Assembly (NCBI GenBank): GCA_002774795.1
Contig: PCYI01000019.1
Coordinates: 65,480 to 108,290, forward strand
DNA length: 42,811 nucleotides
Reading direction: 5' to 3'
From: Candidatus Vogelbacteria bacterium CG10_big_fil_rev_8_21_14_0_10_51_16
GTDB taxonomy: Bacteria > Patescibacteriota > Minisyncoccia > Phycocordibacterales > JACRKE01
The notes beneath the pieces were generated by a model. It was given only the letters and a program-made list of their open reading frames with translations. It was not told where the DNA came from and did not search any database. Position numbers and translations under genes: made by a program. Position 1 is the stretch's first letter; every line of letters starts with the position of its first letter. Below, one piece after another: positions 33,589-40,806 of this stretch.

Positions 33589-34662
33589 CTAAAGGTGAAG
33601 TTGTTTGTTGCGCTTGTGTTCATCAAAGTCGATGGCATAGTGGAAGCCGCCATCCTTGTCGGAAAGATAGAACAGATACGGCGACTTTTCGGGGCGTAGA
33701 GCCGATTCGATGGCTGCAAGTCCGGGATTGCCTATTGGACCTGCCGGCAGTCCCGCATAACGATAGGTGTTGTATGGTGAGTCTGTGTTAAGGTCGTCTT
33801 CGGTGAGCTCATCAGAACGCTTGCCGAGAAGGTATAAAAAGACGGCGTCTACCTGAAGAGGTATATCTTGGTCGAGTCGCTTCCAAAGAATGCCGGAAAC
33901 AAGGGTGCGAGAGTCGGCATCACCCGCCTCTTTTTCTATAAGCGAAGCCATGGTGACGACATCTCCAAGGTCATGACCGGAGGCTTCAATTTCACGCGCG
34001 AGGGCGCTTAAGCGCCCCGTAAAATTTTGACGCATGCGCTTGATAACATCCTCGGGAGTCTCTCTGGGTGAGAGAAAGTAGGTATCGGGAAAGAGGTACC
34101 CTTCGTGCTCGCGAGCGAGCGAGAAGAAAAGTGCGCGGTTAAAGTCAGGGAGCTTTTCTTCGAGAATGTCCGCAATCTCCCTGTTGCTACTTCCCTCCGG
34201 TATGGTAACTCGCACTGCGGTGATTCCCGAGACGCCATTCACTAGACGAGAGATAACGGTGGGTGTCCGAATGGGCTCAGTAAAAATGTAGTCACCGGAG
34301 AGGAGGCGGGTGTCGTTCCTGGATAGGCGAAGAACGGCGCGAAAAAACATCGATGAGCGGATGAATCCCTCATCATGAAGACGCTCACCTATTTGGCGGA
34401 CACTCTCCCCCTCATGGACTCGAAAAATGTTATTGACGGCGAACCCTTTTGGTGGGGATATAAGGAGTACCAGAAAAAGTGTGCCACCCGCCACGAGCGC
34501 CATAAAGATAGCAACAACGACATTTATCTTCTGCAACGGGCCAGTTCGTCTAGATAAATCACTTTCTTGCTCGATCTGCCCAAGCTCATTCTCCTCTATG
34601 GTCATCGGCCCGTCGTCTAGGCCGCCGCCCTCTTCTTCTTTGTTTGTAAGGTGTTTAATCAT
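33589..34662 (-). CDS. mltG: Endolytic murein transglycosylase MltG (YceG-like)
   Basis: 357 aa. N-terminal TM segment, then the YceG pattern FTEPIRTP...IPEG...EHEGYLFPDTY...ASLIEKEA...PYNTY...GLPAGPIGNPG. Confidence 0.88.
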   Translation of the reverse strand: MIKHLTNKEEEGGGLDDGPMTIEENELGQIEQESDLSRRTGPLQKINVVVAIFMALVAGGTLFLVLLISPPKGFAVNNIFRVHEGESVRQIGERLHDEGFIRSSMFFRAVLRLSRNDTRLLSGDYIFTEPIRTPTVISRLVNGVSGITAVRVTIPEGSSNREIADILEEKLPDFNRALFFSLAREHEGYLFPDTYFLSPRETPEDVIKRMRQNFTGRLSALAREIEASGHDLGDVVTMASLIEKEAGDADSRTLVSGILWKRLDQDIPLQVDAVFLYLLGKRSDELTEDDLNTDSPYNTYRYAGLPAGPIGNPGLAAIESALRPEKSPYLFYLSDKDGGFHYAIDFDEHKRNKQLHL

Positions 34663-34675
34663 TTAAACTTCATTT

Positions 34676-35881
34676 TCAGATAGGCAAGTCGAGCGGTGGC
34701 TCAGCCGCCTTCGACTCTATGCGGTCGATGGCCGGGCTTGCCGCCACCTGGCCAGGTAAATGCCAAATGGTAGCAAGTTCCTCCGTGTTCATCACAAATG
34801 TTGCCCTATCGTGGGGCGGGTAAAACCAGCCTCGAGCTCGGTAGGCGGCGAAGTACTCTTTCTTTGCCTTAGCCACCTTGGTGCCAAAGTTCTCTTGGTA
34901 CTTCTCCAAGATAAAATTTTTCTCATCTACTCCGGTGACTTTCGGTTTAAAACTGTTTAAGTGGACCGTGCCATAGTGTTTTAGAAGGCCTCCGGCCGCT
35001 CCGCCGATGCCCATGCTGAACTTATCCTTACGAGCTGTGTAGATGGCGCGTATACCCACGTCGAAAGCGGGCTTGGAAACGGCGCGAGTAATTGCCTCTG
35101 TAGACTCGCGGTCAGTAGGAGCTACCAGTTTAAAATTCTCCACCGGCTCGTACACTTTGGCTATGTACTCGTCAGCCTCTTTTTTCCAGAGGGGATTGCC
35201 GTCTTTGTCTGTCTTAGCCGACATTATGAGAATCTGCAACCAAATCTGATGGTCTGGCGGAAGCGAGCCCATGGCTTCAAGAGTGGCCGTGATGGGGTCT
35301 GTCTTAAGTTCCTCCTTGAGATTTTTTTCCGAACCAAGACCGTAGTCAAAATAAGTCTTAATCGGGTAGTACGATTCTTTACGAGCCTTTTTAAACTCTA
35401 CCCCGAAAATTTCCCAGTCGGTCGCCGGGTCGAGATAGTTTATCGAAGCGGTGTAGTCTTCAATCTCATTAATCTCCACACCGGGATACTGGGCGTAAAA
35501 TTGTGCCTCAATGCCGTTTCTGAATTTCTCTGGTGCGTGCACGACGAAGTTCACTTTGCCGTTACGAGCCACAAGCTCAAGCGAAGACCAAAGACGCACG
35601 CTCCCTTTAAAACGCTTGCTGTAGTTGTCGCCCGCGCTGGGCTGATTAAAAGCATTTAGGACCACCTCCATGGCGGTGGGAGATTTAAAAATGTCACGAG
35701 GCAAGCGAATCTCAAGGGTGACCCACTTTACCGAGGCGAGAAATTCCATGAGAAGATACGAGCGCCACGCTCTGTAGCTAAAAAAGATAAGAATTATGGG
35801 CACCGAAATAGGCGCCATGCGTAGCGCGGAAACGAGAGCGCCCAGAAGGCCTCCAAAGATAATCTCAATAACCAAGTCCAT
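34676..35881 (-). CDS. Hypothetical membrane protein, about 401 aa, two N-terminal TM helices and a large soluble domain
   Basis: Long ORF. Start placed at the ATG at 35881 (MDLVIEIIFGG); the track start is an upstream TTG. I cannot assign any motif with confidence. Confidence 0.6.
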   Translation of the reverse strand: MDLVIEIIFGGLLGALVSALRMAPISVPIILIFFSYRAWRSYLLMEFLASVKWVTLEIRLPRDIFKSPTAMEVVLNAFNQPSAGDNYSKRFKGSVRLWSSLELVARNGKVNFVVHAPEKFRNGIEAQFYAQYPGVEINEIEDYTASINYLDPATDWEIFGVEFKKARKESYYPIKTYFDYGLGSEKNLKEELKTDPITATLEAMGSLPPDHQIWLQILIMSAKTDKDGNPLWKKEADEYIAKVYEPVENFKLVAPTDRESTEAITRAVSKPAFDVGIRAIYTARKDKFSMGIGGAAGGLLKHYGTVHLNSFKPKVTGVDEKNFILEKYQENFGTKVAKAKKEYFAAYRARGWFYPPHDRATFVMNTEELATIWHLPGQVAASPAIDRIESKAAEPPLDLPI

Positions 35882-35988
35882 ACTTCTATTGTACTGTAAC
35901 TTGAGCAATCAAGAAAGTTGAAAGGTCGCCTTGCGGGCGACCCTCGACGATGTTGTCAGTTTCAACAAAACTCAATCAGAACTCACTA

Positions 35989-37044
35989 TTATTTGCTCGC
36001 AAGCCCAAAACGTCCCTCCTTCTCCTTTTTAAAGTAGTTGTGATTTTGAAGATTTACAACAATGGTGTTTTCTTTAACGTAGCGCTCTTTGAGGACCTTG
36101 GCAATAATTTCGTTTTTTGTCAGAGGTCCGTTTTTCTCGAGAATCTCGCGAACGATCTCTTTGACCGTCCCCTTTTTATAGCCCCACTCCTGCAGGGCGT
36201 AGAGGCCACGCCCAACAAGAACAAAACGTCCGTCCTTAATGAGTTCATTGTGGCAGGTGGCCACATGCGCGCTCCGACCAAAGGTGCTTGCAATCTCTTT
36301 GGCCACTTCCCGGAAGTGCATGGGCGAGCCATGCTTTCTCAAAATCAGATAAGCGTAGTCACGGATACCACGAGCCTTAATATTCGGTGACTGACTAGCG
36401 CCCCACTCTCCTAGTGGGTTTGCCCCAATACGTTTTGAAATTCGCATCCATCTCCGCGCGATCTCTTCGTTGTCGTTTGCGTTCGGCCGGCACTCTTTCA
36501 GCTTGTTTATAAATCGAAGGATCATGTCTGCCTCTGAAATCAACTCTTCTTCCTTGATATCTTTGTGAACAGCGTGTAGAGCCTGGCGAACAGCATCGCT
36601 CATGGCCGGGTCTACAACCCAGGTGTGGTGAAAGTCCGAGTCCTCCTTCACTTTCACAAAAGGTTCTCCTAGGACAAGGAAAAAATGAATATGGTTTTGA
36701 ACATGCTTGTCATCGGAAATTGTTTGAAAAAAATCACGCTCATGAACCACTCCGCCATATTTTGTGATTAGTTCGCTTAACTCATCGAACACTCCCGCAA
36801 TCTCAGTAAAACTTCTTGATTTGCGTATTTGGGCAAGAGAAAAGTTCTCGATCTGACGGACGCGCTCGCGCGTAATGCCGTACTCTTGGCCGATAGCTTC
36901 GAGAGTGAGCCTTTCGACTTGTTCGCCAAGTCCGTAGCGCTTTTTAATAACATCAGCCCCTCGTACATTAAGGGTGGCCAAAAGAGCCTTGGTTATCTTT
37001 TTGGGATTAAAACTTACTTTTGCGGTCACTTTGTCTTTTGTCAT
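35989..37044 (-). CDS. DNA-binding protein with a sigma-70 region-4-like HTH followed by HARE-HTH-like domain(s)
   Basis: RYGLGEQVERLTLEAIGQEYGITRERVRQIENFSLAQIRK is a region 4.2-type HTH. The later FREVAKEI...LIKDGRFVLVGRGLYALQEWGY resembles the HARE-HTH of RNAP delta. Confidence 0.6.
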   Translation of the reverse strand: MTKDKVTAKVSFNPKKITKALLATLNVRGADVIKKRYGLGEQVERLTLEAIGQEYGITRERVRQIENFSLAQIRKSRSFTEIAGVFDELSELITKYGGVVHERDFFQTISDDKHVQNHIHFFLVLGEPFVKVKEDSDFHHTWVVDPAMSDAVRQALHAVHKDIKEEELISEADMILRFINKLKECRPNANDNEEIARRWMRISKRIGANPLGEWGASQSPNIKARGIRDYAYLILRKHGSPMHFREVAKEIASTFGRSAHVATCHNELIKDGRFVLVGRGLYALQEWGYKKGTVKEIVREILEKNGPLTKNEIIAKVLKERYVKENTIVVNLQNHNYFKKEKEGRFGLASK

Positions 37045-37160
37045 GGAAGTGGCAAATCTAAGCCTTTTGGCAATTTAGAAGTAATTCTTAAAATAGTTAA
37101 CAACACAGGTGTAATCTATTATTATCAGTTTATACCATTTCCGTCAAGTATATGCAAGAT

Positions 37161-37282
37161 AACCCCCCCAAACCTCTGACGTCTCTAGAGTATCATTCCG
37201 TTGCAGAACGGGATCCAGGTTCAACCCTAGCCTGGATCCCGTTCTGCAACGGAATGACATACTTAGGGTGTGAGGGGTTACC
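37161..37282. mobile_element. Nested palindromic MITE-like element, copy C (minimal version), flanked by a 7-bp direct repeat
   Basis: Near-perfect palindrome CATTCCGTTGCAGAACGGGATCCAGG..CCTGGATCCCGTTCTGCAACGGAATG inside the termini AACCCCCCCAAACC and GGTGTGAGGGGTTACC. ATGCAAG occurs at 37152-37158 and again at 37283-37289. Confidence 0.5.
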
Positions 37283-37294
37283 ATGCAAGTCTTG

Positions 37295-40165
37295 TCAACC
37301 TGTCACTATGTTTATTAGCTTATTTGGGATGTAGATTACTTTTGTGACAGTACGTCCCTCAAGCCACTTCTGCATCTTTGGGCGAGCGAGGGCCTGCTCC
37401 CTAGCGGACGTTTCATCCAGCTCTTCTTTGGTGATAAAGGTGTCGCGGCTTTTGCCGTCTATCTGCACCGCGATCACATGCTCGTCCGACACCAGTTTGG
37501 CGGGGTCGTAGACGGGCCAGGAAGACCGGTGAACAGAGTCCGTATTCCCAAGCGCCTGCCACAACTCTTCAGCCATATGAGGGGCGAAAGGTGCCAGCAC
37601 TCTCAATAAAGCCATATAGGTTGACCTGGAAATAGTGCCCATTTTTTCGACTCCATTTACCAAAATCATCATGGCAGAGACCGCTGTGTTGAATTTGAAT
37701 TCAGCAATGTCCTCCCCCGCCTTCTTTATTGTCTGATGGAGAAGGCGCTCTTCCTCTGGCGGAGTCTCGACATTCTTGACCTTCTCTCGCAGACTCCAGA
37801 TGCGTTCCAAAAATCTGCGCACTCCAATGATGCTTTTCGTTTGCCAAGCGATGGCGTTTTCAAATGGGCCCATAAACATCTCGTAGAGTCTCAAGCTGTC
37901 CGCTCCATAAGTAGAGACAATATCGTCGGGATTGATGACATTTCCCCAGCGCTTAGCCATCTTTCGTCCGTCCTCGGCGAGGATAAATCCAAGAAATTCC
38001 AGACGAGCAAACGGCTCGGAGGTGCTCACTACTCCTATGTCGTGCAGAAATTTGTGCCAAAAACGGGCATAAATCAGATGTCGAACGGCGTGGTCTCCAC
38101 CAACATATACATCGACGGGGCTCCAGTATTTCTCTGCTTGTGGCGATACAAGCTGCCTGTCGTTATGAGGATCCATAAAGCGTAGGTAGTACCAGCTGGA
38201 GCCCGCCCACTGCGGCATCGTGTTGGTCTCTCGCTTCCCTGCGCCTCCGCAACTCGGGCAGACGGTATTTACCCACTCATCAATATTGGCCAAGGGTGAC
38301 TCCCCTGTTCCAGTCGGTGCATACTGTTCCACCGGGGGCAAGGTGATGGGCAAGTCGTCTTCGCTCACGGGCACAACACCACAGAGTAAGCAATGAATGA
38401 CGGGAATGGGCTCACCCCAATAACGCTGGCGGGAAAACACCCAATCGCGAAGTTTGTAAGTCGTTTTTGGCGCGGCTTTGATTTTCTTGGCTATTGTCTC
38501 CCGCCCCTCCGCACTGGTAAGACCACTGAACTCGCCGGAATCACTCAACACTCCTTCTCCAGTATAGGCAACATCGCCTGATAGCATCATGCGTTCAATC
38601 CAGAGCGGCATTTCGGTGTTGACCATTGTACCGGGGACAAAATGGTTCGCGTCGACCCAGAGCACTTCATTGTCGTCGGCGATTTCGTCAGTGATGGGTA
38701 CCCTCTTGTGACCCACAAGCTCAAAGTACACCCCGGTAGTAACTGCCACCCGATTCTCGTCTTTGTGCTTGGCGAAGTACGAGGCCTGAACCGGCGCCCC
38801 CAGGGTGCGCTTGTAGATTAGATTAGTGTAGCCACTTTCTTCCTCCACCTCCCGTCTGGCGGCTGCGACCGGGTCTTCCCCATCTTCAATCCCGCCTATG
38901 ATAATTGTGTCCCAGCCCTGCTTTTCATTCCTCAAGATGAGGTATTTATTTTCTTTGGGGTCAAAGACTATCGCGTGGACATTTCTGCGTGTTTTTGATG
39001 GTTTGTCCACCCGAGGTGGATTTACCTTGTAATCAACAAGGTGGGGCATGACAACATGCTTTATGGGCAGACCATACTTTTTGGCAAAAGCGTGGTCTCG
39101 CTCGTCGTGGGCCGGTACTGCCATCACTGCCCCGGTGCCGTAGTGTCCAAGTACGTAGTCGGCCACCCAGACGGAAATCTCCTCGCCCGTGGCGGGATTA
39201 ATCGCCTTTATTCCCTTGAGCTCCACCCCTGTCTTCTCCTTATCCACGGATGTCCGCTCTATCTCTGTTTTCTTTTTGCAGTCATCCAGATATTGTTGCA
39301 CCTCTTTGGAGTTTTGTGCTTTGTGCTTTGTGCTTTCTACAAAGGGGTTCTCCGGCGCCACAACCAGATAGGTGGCCCCATAAATGGTATCAAGGCGCGT
39401 TGTGAACACCTTTATGCTTTTGTGCTCCGCGCTTTGTGCTTTGTGCTTTGTGGAGTTTGCCAGAGTAAATTCCACTTCGTGTCCTTCGCTCCTCCCTATC
39501 CAATTCCGTTGAGCCGTCTTGATGGAGTCCGGCCAGTCAAGGAGGTCTAAATCCTTAATCAAACGGTCTGCATAGTCGGTAATCTTGAGCACCCACTGGC
39601 GCATGGGCTTCTTCTCCGCTTCGCTGTCACATCTCTCGCACCGGCCTCCGTCGAGGTCTTCATTTGCGAGGCCCGTCTGGCACGATGGGCACCAGTTTAT
39701 CGGCTCGTGTGATTCGAATGCCAGACCTTTCTCAAGCAGTTTTAGGAAAATCCACTGGGTCCATTTATAGTACGCTGGGTCTGTCGTATTTATCTCCCGT
39801 GACCAATCGTAGTCAAAGCCGATGATAGAAAGTTGTTCTTTGAAGCGAGCGATATTCTTTTTCACAGCGGCGCTTGGATGCACTTTATTTTTGATGGCGA
39901 AGTTTTCGGCGGGCAGGCCAAAGGCGTCCCAACCCATGGGGTGCAAGACGTTAAATCCGTTCATCCGCTTAAAGCGCGAGTAGATGTCTGAGGCTATGTA
40001 CCCCTTTGGATGCCCCACATGGAGGCCTTCGCCGGAAGGGTACGGAAACATATCGAGTACATAGTGTTTTGGCTTGGAAGATGTGTCTTCAGTTTTGTAG
40101 ACCTGATCCTTTTCCCACTGCTCCTGCCACTTCTCTTCTATTTTTTTATGGTCGTATGCTTCCAT
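37295..40165 (-). CDS. leuS: Leucyl-tRNA synthetase with a Nudix-box-containing insertion and short repeat-derived insertions
   Basis: 956 aa. PYPSGEGLHVGHPKGY (HIGH), editing-domain TTRLDTIYGATYLVVAPE and GTGAVMAVPAHDERD, KMAKR (KMSKS-type), plus an internal GGIEDGEDPVAAARREVEEESGY. Confidence 0.93.
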   Translation of the reverse strand: MEAYDHKKIEEKWQEQWEKDQVYKTEDTSSKPKHYVLDMFPYPSGEGLHVGHPKGYIASDIYSRFKRMNGFNVLHPMGWDAFGLPAENFAIKNKVHPSAAVKKNIARFKEQLSIIGFDYDWSREINTTDPAYYKWTQWIFLKLLEKGLAFESHEPINWCPSCQTGLANEDLDGGRCERCDSEAEKKPMRQWVLKITDYADRLIKDLDLLDWPDSIKTAQRNWIGRSEGHEVEFTLANSTKHKAQSAEHKSIKVFTTRLDTIYGATYLVVAPENPFVESTKHKAQNSKEVQQYLDDCKKKTEIERTSVDKEKTGVELKGIKAINPATGEEISVWVADYVLGHYGTGAVMAVPAHDERDHAFAKKYGLPIKHVVMPHLVDYKVNPPRVDKPSKTRRNVHAIVFDPKENKYLILRNEKQGWDTIIIGGIEDGEDPVAAARREVEEESGYTNLIYKRTLGAPVQASYFAKHKDENRVAVTTGVYFELVGHKRVPITDEIADDNEVLWVDANHFVPGTMVNTEMPLWIERMMLSGDVAYTGEGVLSDSGEFSGLTSAEGRETIAKKIKAAPKTTYKLRDWVFSRQRYWGEPIPVIHCLLCGVVPVSEDDLPITLPPVEQYAPTGTGESPLANIDEWVNTVCPSCGGAGKRETNTMPQWAGSSWYYLRFMDPHNDRQLVSPQAEKYWSPVDVYVGGDHAVRHLIYARFWHKFLHDIGVVSTSEPFARLEFLGFILAEDGRKMAKRWGNVINPDDIVSTYGADSLRLYEMFMGPFENAIAWQTKSIIGVRRFLERIWSLREKVKNVETPPEEERLLHQTIKKAGEDIAEFKFNTAVSAMMILVNGVEKMGTISRSTYMALLRVLAPFAPHMAEELWQALGNTDSVHRSSWPVYDPAKLVSDEHVIAVQIDGKSRDTFITKEELDETSAREQALARPKMQKWLEGRTVTKVIYIPNKLINIVTG

Positions 40166-40286
40166 TGATATTATAACTTATCTAGTCTCTCCACAATACA
40201 ATTTTATGCTTGAATAGGCAAACCTTTTGTTGGTGGTTGTGCTATGCTGTCCATAGGATAGTAGCGCAATTGAAAGGATGTGCGAA

Positions 40287-40619
40287 ATGCGCAAAGAAGA
40301 TTTTAGAGTCGTCACGACTCCGTATGTTGAGGTTGTGGTCCGAAGAGGAGTGGGATCGGGTCTCCTGCTGGAGCTCGAGCCGAACCGCCCTGACATCGTC
40401 GGCTTCTTTACAGAGATCCTCAGAGAGCGTCGTGGGGAAAGTACGGAAAACTCCGAGCACGTGTTGATGCCCGGGTGCCAACACGGTACATTTAGAATCT
40501 TCCGAGATGGCACTGTCCAGTGCGACCCGGAAGTCAGGCACGACTTCGTGGTCGCCCTGGCACGGCGCTGGAGGCGATCTCGAGAAGAGTTAGACAGACG
40601 CAACGGGACGTCAGGGTAA
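40287..40619 (+). CDS. Hypothetical protein, about 110 aa (cassette 3); alternative start ATG at 40278
   Basis: GAAAGGA lies 8 nt upstream of the ATG at 40287 (MRKEDFRVV). The frame is GC-rich and divergent from leuS. The opposite-strand ORF has a poorer composition, rich in S, R and T. Confidence 0.45.
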   Translation: MRKEDFRVVTTPYVEVVVRRGVGSGLLLELEPNRPDIVGFFTEILRERRGESTENSEHVLMPGCQHGTFRIFRDGTVQCDPEVRHDFVVALARRWRRSREELDRRNGTSG

Positions 40620-40662
40620 GAAAGGAGGTGGCTATGGCCTTACCATGGTGTAGCCTCCTGTA

Positions 40663-40692
40663 CAAAAAGGGCCGAGCGCAAAGCGCCGGCCC
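40663..40692 (-). terminator. Intrinsic terminator, most likely for hppA, shared with the convergent cassette 3 gene
   Basis: Minus strand reads GGGCCGGCGC TTT GCGCTCGGCCC followed by TTTTTG. Confidence 0.65.
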
Positions 40693-40704
40693 AATCTGTT
40701 TATG

Positions 40705-40806
40705 CCGTTTAGTAAACTAACGGCACTATTTCAATGACTCGATTCCGCGACCTTCCGCGTTAAGTCCGCGTGTGTCTGCGAGATCCGTTTAGTAAACTAA
40801 TGGAAC
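40705..40806. repeat. Two direct copies of a 22-nt hairpin-forming unit, 80 bp apart, just downstream of hppA
   Basis: CCGTTTAGTAAACTAACGGCAC (40705-40726) and CCGTTTAGTAAACTAATGGAAC (40785-40806). Each contains CCGTT.TAGT/ACTA.AACGG self-complementarity. Confidence 0.75.

Noticed and set aside
40178-40603. A minus-strand 141-aa ORF, and a 99-aa ORF at 40242-40541, opposite the cassette 3 gene.
   Set aside because: Their composition is rich in S, R and T and has no hydrophobic core pattern. There is no SD site, and they would run head-on into the leuS start region. The plus-strand frame looks more protein-like, though this call is itself only moderate confidence.
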